Below, piece by piece: positions 35,965 to 51,151 of a stretch of 64,000 nucleotides of DNA. The first letter of the stretch is position 1. Each line of letters begins with the position of its first letter. The position numbers were made by a program, and so were the translations under genes. The notes under the pieces were generated by a model that had not been told where the DNA came from, did no database searches, and saw only the letters and a list, made by a program, of their open reading frames with translations. The stretch lies in assembly GCA_964016885.1 (NCBI GenBank), contig OZ024740.1:285510001-285574000 (forward strand), in the 5' to 3' direction. This DNA is from Eledone cirrhosa. Taxonomy: Eukaryota.

Positions 35965-38900
35965 GTTTCACTCACTCAATCTCTGCTACTCCCTCTCCAT
36001 CACTTCCTCCCGTTTGACCTGTGCGAAATTCTTTTCTCACTCACATTCCGACCAGGTTGGGTGGTCTTTATTCTCTCGTCTACGATTTCATAGAATATAT
36101 GTTCATCGATTTCTGGGACTTGACTCCTTCTTCCTCACTTTTCGTTGCATTACCATCTTTGTTTGTTTAATGTCTCGCTCGTTCCCCCTATTTACGTGTC
36201 CCAACGACATTATTTAGCCGTTGCTCGCACCAAGCAGAGGTATATGGTCTTTAAAGCGATGAAATATCAATGAAGGCTGGAAGATCACTGATGAAGGACT
36301 AATTTTATTCATATGTACCCCATTTGCAACCACGAAGCACGCCATTTTTTCATATATTTATATATTTTCCACCGCTGTGACCCGTCTGTTTCTTTCTTAC
36401 TGCTTCCCCGTTCTCTGTATCTCTCCCTTTATTTTTACCCCCTCTGCAGTCACTCTCTGTGTTAGCCTCTTCCTCACACTTTCACTCAATCCCTCTCTGC
36501 TACTTCCGCTCCATCACTTCCTCCCGTTTGACCTGTGCTCTTCCTCACTTTTGTTGCATTACCATCTTTGTTTGTTAACTGTCTCACTCGTTCCCCCTAT
36601 TTACGTGTCTCAACGACTTTCTTTAGCCGTTGCTCGCACCAACTAGACGTATATGGTCTTTAAAGCGATGAAATACCAATGAAGGCTGGAAGATCACTGA
36701 TGAAGGACTAACTTTATTCATATATAACCGATTTGCAACCAAGAAGCACGCCATTTTTACATAGATTTATATATTTTCCTCCGCTGTGACCCATCTGTTT
36801 TTTTCTTACTGCTTTCCCTTTCTCCCTATCTCTCTTTTTATTTTTACCCCCTCTGCCAGTCACTCTCTCTGTTAGCCTCTTCCTCGCACTTTCATTCACT
36901 CAATCTCTGCTACTCCCTCTCTATCACTTCCTCCCGTTTGACCTGTGCTCTTCCTCACTTTTGTTGCATTACCATCTTTGTTTGTTAACTGTCTCATTCG
37001 TTCCCCCTATTTACGTGTCTCAACGACTTTCTTTAGCCGTTGCTCGCACCAACCTGACGTATATGGTCTTTAAAGCGATGAAATACCAATGAAGGCTGGA
37101 AGATCACTGATGAAGGACTAACTTTATTCATATATAACCTATTTGCAACCAAGAAGCACGCCATTTTTACATAGATTTATATATTTTCCTCCGCTGTGAC
37201 CCATCTGTTTCTTTCTTACTGTTTCCCCTTTCTCCGTATCTCTCTTTTTATTTTTACCCCCTCTGCCAGTCACTCTCTCTGTTAGCCTCTTTCTCACACT
37301 TTCACTGACTCAATCTCTGCTGCTCCATCTCCATCACTTCCACCCGTTTGACCTGTGCGAAATACTTTCCTCGCTCACATTTCGACCAGGTTGGATGGTC
37401 TTTATTCTCTCGTCTACGATTTCACAGAATATATGTTGATCGATTTAAGGGACTTGATTCCTTCTTCCTCACTTTTCGTTGCATTACTATCTTTGTTTGT
37501 TTACTGTCTCGTTCGTTCCCCCTATTTACGTGTCCCAACGACATTCTTTAGCCGTTGCTCGCACCAACCTGAGGTATATGATCTTTAAAGCGATGAAATA
37601 CCAATGAAGGCTGGAAGATCACTGATGAAGGACTAATTTTATTCATATGTACCCCATTTGCAACCACGAAGCACGCCATTTTTTCATATATTTATATATT
37701 TTCCACCGCTGTGACCCGTCTGTTTCTTTCTTACTGCTTCCCCGTTCTCTGTATCTCTCCCTTTATTTTTACCCCCTCTGCAGTCACTCTCTCTGTTAGC
37801 CTCTTCCTCACACTTTCACTCATCCCTCTTTGCTACTCCCGCTCCACCACTTGCTCCCGTTTGACCTGTGCTCTTCCTCACTTTTGTTGCATTACCATCT
37901 TTGTTTGTTAACTGTCTCACTCGTTCCCCCTATTTACGTGTCCCAACGACATTCTTTAGCCGTTGCTCGCACCAACCTGAGGTATATGGTCTTTAAAGTG
38001 ATGAAATACTAATGAAGGCTGGAAGGTCACTGATGAAGGACTAATTTTATTCATATGTACCCCATTTGCAACCACGAAGCACGCCACTTTTTCATATATT
38101 CATATATTTTCCTCCGCTGTGACCCGTCCATTTCTTTCTTACTGTTTCCCCTTTCTCCCTATCTCTCCCTTTCTTTTTACCCCCTCTGTTAGCCTCTTCC
38201 TCACACTTTCACTCACTCACTATCTGCTATTCCCTCTCCATCACTTCCTCCCGTTTGACCTGTGCGAAATTCTTTCCCCTCTCACATTTCGACCAGGTTG
38301 GATGGTCTTTATTTTCTCGTCTACGATTTCACAGAATATATGTTCATTGATTTAAAGGACTTGACTCCTTCTTCCTCACTTTTCGTTGCATTACCATCTT
38401 TGTTTGTTTACTGTCTCGTTCGTTCCCCCTATTTACGTGCCCCAACGACTTTCTTTAGCCGTTGCTCGCACCAACCTGAGGTATATCGTCTTTAAAGCGA
38501 TGAAATACCAATGAAGGCTGGAAGATCACTGATGAAGGACTAATTTTATTCATATGTACCCCATTTGCAACCACGAAACACGCCATTTTTTCATATATTT
38601 ATATATTTTCCACCGCTGTGACCCGTCTGTTTCTTTCTTACTGATTCCCCGTTCTCTGTATCTCTCCCTTTATTTTTACCTCCTCTGCCAGTCATTCTCT
38701 CTGTTAGCTTCTTCCTCACACTTTCACTCACTCACTCTCTGCTACTCCCTCTCCATCACTTCCTCTCGTTTGACCTGTGCGAAATTCTTTCCCCGCTCAC
38801 ATTTCGACCAGGTTGGATGGTCTTTATTCTCTCGTCTACGATTTCACAGAATATACGTTCATCGATTTCAGGGACTTGACTCCTTCTTCCTCAATTTTCG

Positions 38901-41900
38901 TTGCATTACCATCTATGTTTGTTTACTGTCTCGCTCGTTCCCCCTATTTACGTGTCCCAACGACTTTCTTTAGCCGTTGCTCGCACCAACCAGAGGTATA
39001 TGGTCTTTAAAGCGATGAAATACCAATGAAGGCTGGAAGTTCACTGATGAAGGACTAATTTTATTCATATATAACACATTTGCAACCACGCAGCACGCCA
39101 TTTTTCATATATTTATATATTTTCCACCGCTATGACCCGTCTGTTTCTTTTCTTACTGCTTCCCCTTTCTATGTATCTCTCCCTTTCTTTTTACCCCCTC
39201 TGTCAGACACTCTCTCTGTTAGTCTATTCCTCACACTTTCACTCACTCACTCTCTGCTACTCCCTCTCCATCACTTCCTCTCGTTTGACCTGTGCGAAAT
39301 TCTTTCCCCGCTCACATTTCGGCCAGGTTGGATGGTCTTTATTCTCTCGTCTACGATTTCACAGAATATATGTTGATCGATTTAAGGGACTTGCCTCCTT
39401 CTTCCTCACTTTTCGTTGCATTACCATCTTTGTTTGTTTACTGTCTCGCTCGTTTCCCTATTTACGTGTCCCAACGACATTCTTTAGCCGTTGCTCGCAC
39501 CAACCTGAGGTATATGGTCTTTAAAGCGATGAAATACCAATGAAGGCTGGAAGATCACTGATGAAGAACTAATTTTATTCATATATAACCCATTTGCAAC
39601 CACGCAGCAGGCCATTATTTCAAATATTTATATATTTTCCCCTGCTGTGACCCTTCTGTTTCTTTCTTACTGCTTCCCCTTTCTCCCTATCTCTCTTTTT
39701 ATTTTTACCCCGTCTGCCAGTCACTCTCTCTGTTACCCTCTTTCTCACACTTTCACTGACTCAATCTCTGCTACTCCCTCTCCATCACTTCCTCTCGTTT
39801 GACCTGTGCGAAATTCTTTCCCCGCTCACATTTGGATCAGGTTGGATGGTCTTTATTCTCTCGTCTACGATTTCACAGAATATATGTTCATCGATTTAAG
39901 AGACTTGACTCATTCTTCCTCACTTTTCGTTGCATACCATCTTTGTTTGTTTACTGTCTCGCTCGTTCCCCCTATTTACGTGTGTCAACGACTTTCTTTA
40001 GCCGTTGCTCGCACCAACCTGAGGTATATGGTCTTTAAATGGATGAAAAACCAATGAAGGCTGGTAGATCACTGATGAAGGACTAATTTTATTCATATGT
40101 ACCCCATTTCCAACCACGAAGCACGCCATTTTTTCATATATTTATATATTTTCCACCGCTGTGACCCGTCTGTTTCTTTCTTACTGCTTCCCCTTTCTAT
40201 GTATCTCTCCCTTTCTTTTTACCTCCTCTGTCAGTCACTTTCTCTGTTAGCCTCTTCCTCACACTTTCACTCAATCACTCTCTGCTACTCCCTCTCCATC
40301 ACTTCCTCCCGTTTGATCTGTGCGAAATTCGTTCCGCCCTCACATTTCGACCAGGTTGGATGGTCTTTATTCTCTCGTCTACGATTTCACAGAATATACG
40401 TTCATCGATTTCAGGGACTTGACTCCTTCTTCCTCAATTTTCGTTGCATTACCATCTATGTTTGTTTACTGTCTCGCTCGTTCCCCCTATTTACGTGTGT
40501 CAACGACTTTCTTTAGCCGTTGCTCGCACCAACCTGAGGTATATGGTCTTTAAATGGATGAAATACCAATGAAGGCTGGAAGTTCACTGATGAAGGACTA
40601 ATTTTATTCATATATAACACATTTGCAACCACGCAGCACGCCATTTTTCATATATTTATATATTTTCCACCGCTATGACCCGTCTGTTTCTTTTCTTACT
40701 GCTTCCCCTTTCTATGTATCTCTCCCTTTCTTTTTACCCCCTCTGTCAGACACTCTCTTTGTTAGTCTATTCCTCATACTTTCACTCGCTCACTCTCTGC
40801 TACTCCCTCTCCATCACTTCCTCCCGTTTCACCTGTGCGAAATTCTATCCTCGCTCACATTTCCACCAGGTTGGATGTTCTTTATTCTCTCGTCTACGAT
40901 TTCACAGAACATATGTTCATCGATTTCAGGGACTTAACTCCTTCTTCCTCACTTTTCGTTGCATTACCATCTTTGTTTGTTTACTGTCTCGCTCGTTCCC
41001 CCTATTTACGTCTCCCAACGTCTTTGTTTAGCCGTTGCTCGCACCAACCAGAGGTATATGGTCTTTAAAGCGATGAAATACTAATGAAGGCTGGAAGATC
41101 ACTGATGAAGGACTAATTTTATTCATATGTCACCTATTTGCAACCACGCAGAACGCTATTTTTTCAGAAACTTATATATTTTCCTCCGCTGTGACCCGTC
41201 TGTTTCTTTCTTACTGCTTCACCTTTCTCCCTATCTCTCCCTTTCTTTTTACCCCCTCTGCCAGTCACTCTCTCTGTTAGCCTCTTCCTCACACTTTCAC
41301 AGACTCAATCTCTGCTACTCCCTCTCCATCACTTCCTCCCGTTTAATCTGTGCGAAATTCTTTTTCCGCTCACATTTCGACCAGGTTGGATGGTCTTTAT
41401 TCTCTCGTCTACGATTTCACAGAATATACGTTCATCGATTTCAGGGACTTGACTCCTTCTTCCTCAATTTTCGTTGCATTACCATCTATGTTTGTTTACT
41501 GTCTCGCTCGTTCCCCCTATTTACGTGTCCCAACGACTTTCTTTAGCCGTTGCTCGCACCAGCCAGAGGTATATGGTCTTTAAAGTGATGAAATAGCAAT
41601 GAAGGCTAGAAGTTCACTGATGAAGGACTAATTTTATTCATATATAACCGATTTGGAACCACGCAGCACACCATTTTTCATATATTTATTTATTTTCCAC
41701 CGCTGTGACCCGTCTGTTTCTTTCTTACTGCTTCCCCTTTCTATGTATCTCTCCCTTTCGTTTTACCCCCTCTGCCAGTCACTCTCTCTGTTAGACTCTT
41801 CCTCACACTTTCATTCACTCAATCTCTGCTACTCCCTCTCCATCACTTCCTCCCGTTTCACCTGTGCGAAATTCTTTCCCCGCTCACATTTCGACCAGGT

Positions 41901-44900
41901 TGGATGGTCTTTATTCTCTCCTCTACGATTTCACAGAACATATGTTCATCGATTTCAGGGACTTGACTCCTTCTTCCTCACTTTTCGTTGCATTACCATC
42001 TTTGTTTGTTTACTGTCTCGCTCGTTCCCCCTATTTACGTGTGTCAACGACTTTCTTTAGCCGTTGCTCGCACCAACCATTGGTATATGGTCTTTAATGC
42101 GATGAAATACCAATGAAGGCTGGTAGATCACTGATGAAGGACTAATTTTATTCATATGTACCCCATTTCCAACCACGAAGCACGCCATTTTTTCATATAT
42201 TTATATATTTTCCTCCGCTGTGACCCGTCTGTTTATTTCTTACTGCTTCCCCTCTCTCTTTATCTCTCCCTTTCTTTTTACCCCCTCTGTCAGTCATTCT
42301 CTCTGTTAGCCTCTTCCTCACACTTTCACTCACCCCCTCTCTGCTACTCCCTCTCCATCACTTCCTCCCGTTTGACCTGTGCGAAATTCTTCCCTCGCTC
42401 ACATTTCGACCAGGTTGGATGGTCTTTAATCTCTCGTCTACAATTTCACAGAACTTATGTTCATCGATTTCTGGGACTTGACTCCTTGTTCCTCACTTTT
42501 CGTTGCATTACCATCTTTGTTTGTTTACTGTCTCGCTCGTTCCCCCTATTTACGTGTCCCAACGACTTCTTTAGCCGTTGCTCGCACCAACCAGAGGTAT
42601 ATGGTCTTTAAAGCGATGAAATACCAATGAAGGCTGGTAGATCACTGATGAAGGACTAATTTTATTCATATGTACCCCATTTGCAACCACGCAGCACGCT
42701 ATTTTTTCATATACTTACATATATCCCTCCGCTGTGACCCGTCTGTTTCTTTCTTACTGCTTCCCCTTTCTCTGTATCTCTCCCTTTCTTTTTAACCCCT
42801 CTGTCAGTCATTCTCTCTGGTAGCCTCTTCCTCACACTTTCACTCACTCACTTTCTGCTACTCCCTCTCCATCACTTCCTCCCGTTTGACCTGTGCTCTT
42901 CCTCACTTTTCGTTTCATTACCATCTTTGTTTGTTTACTGACTCGCTCGTTCACCCTATTTACGTGTCCCAACGACTTTCTTTAACCGTTGCTCGCACCA
43001 ACCTGAGGTATATGGTCTTTAAAGCGATAAAATACCAATGAAGGCTGGAAGATCACTGATGAAGGACTAATTTTATTCATATGTACCGCATTTAAAACCA
43101 CGAAGCACACCATTTTTTCATACATTTATATATTTTCCACCGCTGTGACCCGTCTGTTTCTTTCTTACTGCTTTCTCCTTCTATGTATCCCTCCCTTTCT
43201 TTTTGCCCCCTCTTCCAGTCATTCTCTCTGTTAGCCTCTTCCTCACACTTTCACTCAATCCCTCTCTGCTACTCCCTCTCTATCACTTCCTCCCGTTTGA
43301 CCTGTGCGAAATTCTTTCCGCCCTCACATTTCGACCTGGTTGGATGGTCGTTATTCTCTCTCGTCTACGATTTCACGGAACATATGTTCATCGATTTCAG
43401 AGACTTGACTACTTCTTCCTCACTTTTCGTTGCATTACCATCTTTGTTTGTTTAACTGTCTCACTCGTTCCCCCTATTTACGTGTCCCAACGACTTTCTT
43501 TAGCCGTTGCTCGCACCAACCTGAGGTATATGGTCTTTAAAGCGATGAAATACCAATGAAGGCTGGAAGATCACTGATGAAGGACTAATTTTATTCATAT
43601 GTACACCATTTGCAACCACGCAGCACGCCATTTTTTCGTATATTCATATATTTTCCTCCGCTGTGACACGTCCATTTCTTTCTTTCTATTTCCCCTTTCT
43701 CCCTATCTCTCCCTTTCTTTTTACCCCCTCTGCCAGTCACTCTCTCTGTTAGCCTCTCCCTCACACTTTCACTCACTCAATCTCTGCTACTCCCTCTCCA
43801 TCACTTCCTGCCGTTTGACCTGTGCGAAATTCTTTCCCAGCTCACATTTCGACCTGATTGGATGGTCTTTATTCTCTCGTCTACGATTTCACTGAATATA
43901 TGTTCATCGATTTAAGGGACTTGGCTCCTTCTTCCTCACTTTTCGTTGCATACCATCTTTGTTTACTGTCTCCCTCGTTCCCTTTATTTACGTGTCCCAA
44001 CGACTTTCTTTAGCCGTTGCTCGCACCGACCTGTGGTATATGGTCTTTAAAGCGATGAAATACCAATGAAGGCTGGAAGATCACTGATGAAGGACTAATT
44101 TTATTCATATGTACCCCATATGCAACCACGAAGCACGCCATTTTTTCATATATTTATATATTTTCCGCCGCGGTGACCCGTCTGATTCTTTTTTACTGCT
44201 TCCCCGTTCTCTGTATCTCTCCCTTTCTTTTTACCCCCTCTGCAGTCACTCTCTCTGTTAGCCTCTTCCTCACACTTTCACTCACTCCCTCTCTGCTACT
44301 CCCTCTCCATCACTTCCTCCTGTTTGAACTGTGATCTTCCTCACTTTTCGTTGCATTACCATCTTTGTTTGTTTACTGTCTCGCTCGTTCCCCCTATTTA
44401 CGTGTCCCAACGACTTTCTTTAGCCGTTGCTCGCACCAACCTGAGGTATATGGTCTTTAAAGCGATGAAATACCAATGAAGGCTGGAAGATCACTGATGA
44501 AGGACTAATTTTATTCAGATATAACCGATTTGCAACCACGAAGCACGCCATTTTTTCACATATTTATATATTTTCCTCCGCTGTGACCTTCTGTTTCTTT
44601 CTTACTGCTTCCCCTTTCCCCCTATTTCTGCCTTTCTTTTTACCCCCTCTGCAGTCACTCTCTCTGTTAGCCTCTTCCTCACACTTTCACTCACTCACTC
44701 TCTGCTACTCAAACTCCATCATTTCGTCCAGTTTGACCTGTGCGAAATTCTTCCCAGGCTCACATTTCGACCAGGTTGGATGGTCTTTCTTCTCTCGTCT
44801 ACGATTTCACAGAATATATGTTCATCGATTTCAGGGACTTGACTCCTTCTTCCTCACTTTTCGTTCCATTACCATCTTTGTTTGTTTAATGTCTTGCTCG

Positions 44901-47900
44901 CTCGTTTCCCCTATTTACGTGTCCCAACGACTTTCCTTAGCCGTTGCTCGCACCAACCAGAGGTATATGGTCTTTAAAGCGATGAAATACCAATGAAGGC
45001 TGGAAGATCACTGATGAAGGACTAATTTTATTCATATGTACCCCATTTGCAACCACGAAGCACGCCATTATTTCATATATTTATATATTTTCCACCGTTA
45101 TGACCCGTCTGTTTCTTTTTTACTGCTTCCCCTTTCTATGTATCTCTCCCTTTCTTTTTACCCTATTTGTCAGTCATTCTCTCTGTTAGCCTCTTCCTCA
45201 CACTTCCACTCATTCACTCTCTGCTACACCCTCTCCATCACTTCCTCCCGTTTGACCTGTGCTCTTCCTCACTTTTCGTTGCATTACCATCTTTGTTTGT
45301 TTACTGTCTCGCTCGTTCCCCATATTTACGTGTCCCAACGACTTTCTTTGGCCGTTGCTCGCACCAACCTCAGGTATATGGTCTTTAAATCGATGAAATA
45401 CCAATGAAGGTTGGAAGATCACTGATGAAGGACTAATTTTATTCATATGTACCCCATTTGCAACCACGAAGCACGCCATTTTTTCATATATTTATATATT
45501 TTCCTCCGCTGTGACCCGTTCGCTTCTTTCTTACTGCTTCCCCGTTCTCTGTATTTCTCCCTTTATTTTTACCCCCTCTGCAGTCACTCTCTCTGTTAGC
45601 CTCTTCCTCACACTTCCACTCACTCACTCTCTGCCACTCCGTCTCCACCACTTCCTCCCGTTTGACCTGTGCACTTCCTCACTTATCGTTGCATTACCAT
45701 CTTTGTTTGCTTACTGTTTCGCATGTTCCACCTATTTACGTGTCCCAACGACTTTCTTTAGCCGTTGCTCGCACCAACCTGAGGTATATGGTCTTTAAAG
45801 CGATGAAATACCAATGAAGGCTGGGAGATCACTGATGAAGGGTTAATTTTATTCATATATAACCCATTTGCACCACGAAGCACGCCATTTTTTCATATAT
45901 TTATATATTTTTCTCCGCTGTGAACTGTCTGTTTCTTTCTTACTGCTTCCCCTTTTTCTGTATCTCTCCCTCTCTTTTTACCCCCTCTATCAGTCACTCG
46001 CCCTGTTAGTCTCTTCCTCACACTTTCACTCACTCACTCTCTGCTACTCCCTCTCCATCACTTCCTCCCGTTTGACCTGTGCGAAATTCTTTCCCTGCTC
46101 ACATTTCGACCAGGCTGGATGGTCTTTATTCTCTCGTCTACAAATTTCACAGAATATATGTTCATCGATTTCTGGGACTTGACTCCTTCTTCCTCACTTT
46201 TCGTTGCATTACCATCTACGTTTGTTTACTGTCTCGCTCGTTCCACCTATTTACGTGGCCCAACGACTTTCTTTAGCCGTTGCTGGCACCCACCAGAGGT
46301 ATATGGTCTTTAAAGCGATGAAATACCAATGAAGGTTGGAAGATCACTGATGAAGGACTAATTTTATTTATATATAACCGATTTGGCAAACGCAGCACGC
46401 CACTTTTTCATATATTTATATATTTTCCACCGCTGTGACCCGTCTGTTTCTTTCGTACTGCTTCCCCTTTCTATGTATCTCTCCCTTTCATTTTACCCCC
46501 TCTCTCAGTCATTCTCTCTGTTAGCCTCTTCCTCAGACTTCCACTCACTCACTCTCTGCTACTCCCACTCCATCACTTCCTCCCGTTTGACCTGTGCTCT
46601 TCCTCACTTTCGTTGCATTACCATCTTTGTTTGTTTACTGTCTCGCTCGTTCCCCCTATTTACGTGTCCCAACGACTTTCTTTAGCCGTTGTTCGCACCA
46701 ACCAGAGGTATATGGTCTTTAAAGCGATGAAATACCAATGAAGGCTGTAAGATCACTGATGAAGGACTAATTTTATTCATATATAACCGATTTGCCAAAC
46801 ACAGCACGCCATTTTTTCATATAGTTATATATTTTCCTCCGCTGTGACCCGTCTGTTTCTTTCTTACTGCTTCCCCTTTCTCTGTATCTCTCCCTTTCTT
46901 TTTACCTCCTCTGCCAGTCACTCTCTCTGTTAGCCTCTTCCTCACACTTTCACTCACTCCCTCTCTGCTACTCCCTCTCCATCACTTCATCCCGTTTGAC
47001 CTGTGCGAAATTCTTCCCTGGATCACATATCGACCAGGTTGGATGGTCTTTATTCTCTCGTCTACAATTTCACAGAACTTATGTTCATCGATTTCAGGGA
47101 ATTGACTCCTTCTTCCTCACTTTTCGTTGCATTACCGTCTTTGTTTGTTTACTGTCTCGCTCGTTCCCCCTATTTACATGTCCCAACGACTTTCTTTAGC
47201 CGTTGCTCGCACCAACCTCAGGTATATGGTCTTTAAAGCGATGAAATACCAATGAAGGCTGGAAGATCAATGATGAAGGACTAATTTTATTCATATGTAC
47301 CCCATTTGCAACAACGAAGCACGCCATTTTGTCATTTAGTTATATATTTTCCACCGCTGTGACCCGTCTGTTTCTTTCTTACTGCTTCCCCTTTCTCTGT
47401 ATCTCTCCCTTTATTTTTACCCCCTCTGTCAGTCACTCTCTCTGTTTGCCTATTCCTCACACTGTCACTCACTCACTCTCTGCTACTCCGTCTCCATCAC
47501 ATCCTCCCGTTTGACCTTTGCGAAATTCCTTCCACGCTCACATTTCGACCAGGTTGGATGGTCTTTATTCTCTCGTCTATGATTTCACAAAATATATGTT
47601 CATCGATTTCAGGGACTTGATTCCTTCTTCCTCACTTTTCGTTGCATTACCATCTACGTTTGTTTACTGTCTCGCTCGTTCCACCTATTTACGTGTCCTA
47701 ACGACGTTCTTTAGCCTTTGCTCGCACCAACCTGAGGTATATGGTCTTTAAAGTGATGAAATACCAATGAAGGCTGGAAGATCACTGATGAAGGACTAAT
47801 TTTATTCATATATACCCCATATGCAACCACGAAGCACGCCATTTTTTCATATATTTATATATTTTCCTCCGCTGTGACCCGTCTGTTTCTTTCTTACTGT

Positions 47901-49800
47901 TTTCCCTTTCTCTGTATCTCTCCCTTTATTTTTACCCCCTCTGCCAGTCACTCTCTCTGTTAGCCTCTTCCTCACACTTTCACTCACTCTCTCTCTGCTG
48001 CTCCATCTCCATCACTTCCTCCCGTTTGACCTGTGCTCTTCCTCACTTTTCCTTGCATTACTATCTTTGTTTGATTACTGTCTCGCTCGGTCCCCCTATT
48101 TACGTGTCCCAACGTGGCCCTTTCACTCACTCACTGCTACTCTCTCTCCATCACTACCTCCCGTTTGACCTGTGCGAAATCCTTTCTTCGCTCACATTCC
48201 AACCATGTTGGTTGGTCTTTATTCTCTCGTCTACGATTTCACAGAACTTATGTTCATCGATTTCAGGGACTTGAATCCTTCTTCCTCACTTTTCGTTGCA
48301 TTACCATATTTGTTTTTTTATTGTCTGGCTCGTTCGCGCTATATACGTGTCACAACGTCTTTCTTTAGCCGCTGCTCGCACCAACCAGAGGTATATGTTC
48401 TTTAAAGCGATTAAATACCAATGAAGGCTGGAAGATCACCGATGAAGGACTAATTTTATTCATATGTAACCCATTTGCAACCACGAAGCACGCCATTTTT
48501 TCATATATTTATATATTTCCTCCGCTGTGACCCGTCACACTTTCACTCACTCACACTCTGCTACTCCCTCTCCCTCACTTCCTCCCGTTTGACCTGTACG
48601 AAATTCTTTCCTCGTTCACATTCCGACCAGGTTGGATGCTCTTTATTCTCTCGTCTACGATTGTGACCCGTCTGTTTCTTTCTTACTGCTTCCCCGTTCT
48701 CTGTATCTCTCCCTTTATTTTTACCCCCTCTGCAGTCACTCTTTCTGTTAGCCTCTTTCTCACACTTTCACTCACTCACTCTCTTCTAGTCCAACTCCAT
48801 AACTTCCTCCCGTTTGACCTGTGCTCTACCTTACTTTTCGTTGCATTACCATCTTTGCTTGTTTACTGTGTCGCTCGTTCCTCCTATTTACGTGTCCCAA
48901 CGACTTTCTTTAGCCGTTGCTCGCACCAACCAGAGGTATATAGTCTTTAAAGCGATGAAATACCAATGAAGGCTGGAAGATCACTGATGAAGGACTAATT
49001 TTATTCATATGTCACCCATTTGCAACCACGAAGCACGCCATTTTTTCATATATTTATATATTTTTCTCCGCTGGAACCCGTCTGTTTCTTTCTTACTGCT
49101 TCCCCTTTCTCTGTATCTCTCCATTTCTTTTTACCCCCTCTGCCACTCATTCTCTCTGTTAGCCTCTTCCTCACAGTTTCACTCCCTCACTCTCTGCTAC
49201 TCCCTGTCCATCACTTCCTCCCGTTTGACCTGTGCGAAATTCTTTCCCCGCTCACATTTCGGCCAGGTTGGATGGTCATTTTTTCATATATTTATATATT
49301 TTCCTGCGCTGTGACCCGTCTGTTTCTTTCTTACTGCTTCCCCTTTCTCTGTATCTCTCCCTTTCTTTTTAGCCCCTCTGCCAGTCACTCTCTCTGTTCG
49401 CCTCTTCCTCACACTTTCACTCACTCACTCTCTGCTACTCCCACTCCATCACTTCCTCACGCTTGACCTGTGCGAAATTCTTTCCCCGCTCACATTTACC
49501 AGGTTGGATGGTCTTTATTCTCTCGTCTACGATTTCACAGAACTTATGTTCATCGATTTCAGGGAATTGACTCCTTCTTCCTCACTTTTCGTTGCATTAC
49601 CATCTTTGTTTGTTTACTGTCTCGCTCGTTCCCCCTATTTACGTGTCCCAACGACTCTCTTTAGCCGTTGCTCGCACCAACCAAAGGTATATGGTCTTTA
49701 AAGCGATGAAATACCAATGAAGGCTGGAAAATCACTGTGAAGAACTAATTTTTTCCATATGTAACCCATATGCAACCACGTAGCACGCCATATTTTCACA
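35965..49800 (+). repeat. Tandem macrosatellite, ~28 units of ~514 bp and ~410 bp
   Basis: The anchor GATCACTGATGAAGGACTAA recurs at ~410 or ~514 bp spacing. Short units lack ~104 bp after TTGACCTGTGC. Units are rearranged near the right end. Confidence 0.97.
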
Positions 49801-49826
49801 TATATATATATATATATATATATATA

Positions 49827-50519
<693 letters not shown>

Positions 50520-50775
50520 GGCAATCATTGTAAGTTTGAATCTAACTGACATGCAAAAACATATATATAGCAATAAGGTAAGCCCAAATCATAGTAGATT
50601 CAAATATCACAGAGAAAATGAGAGAGAGAGAGAGAGGGGAGGATGAGGTACAACAGAAATGAAACATGGAAGGTTAAAATATAGTCTAGATAGATGTGAA
50701 AAGAGGATGTAGTTTATGGAACACCGAAATGATTCACAAGTCGATTTTAAGTAGGAGCAATAACATTAAGAAAGA

Positions 50776-51151
50776 CATGAACGACACCACAACACTTTTT
50801 TTGAAAATTTTGAAAGTAGGTTTATAAGTATGAATTTTCATTAGATTTTCGTAGTTGTCTCTGTGGCCTAGCGGTAGGTACTTGAGACGGTGGAGATCCT
50901 GACCTTGGGTTCAATCCTGGTCAAGAGGTGCATGTAACCTTTTTCAGTTTTTATTTTACAACCAATAGAAAAAAACTGGAAGTGTTTACCGGGAACCCTA
51001 CTCCCGACCAGGATCGAACTTCAGACCAGGATCACCACCGCCTATGATTCCTCCAACTAGGTCACCGAGACAGCTACAACCGTATAATGAAAATTGATAA
51101 TTATAAACCTACTTTCAAAATCAAAGTTAAAAAGATGTAGTGTCGTTCATG
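50776..51151. mobile_element. Imperfect palindromic element with two convergent tRNA-like (A/B-box) units
   Basis: Forward unit ~50857-50927 (TGGCCTAGCGG, GGTTCAATCC). Reverse unit ~51001-51071 (TGACCTAGTTGG, AGTTCGATCC). The outer arms CATGAACGACAC...TTTTGAAAGTAGGTTTATAA are mirrored. Confidence 0.7.

Noticed and set aside
36240-36345. Complete hammerhead in the satellite unit (GAAA...CTGATGA...CGAAG)
   Set aside because: The CUGAUGA box is present, but no arrangement gives stem I, an adjacent GAAA and an NUH site together.
50857-51071. Functional tRNA genes
   Set aside because: A and B boxes are present, but the acceptor and anticodon stems do not pair well. They are treated as tRNA-derived.
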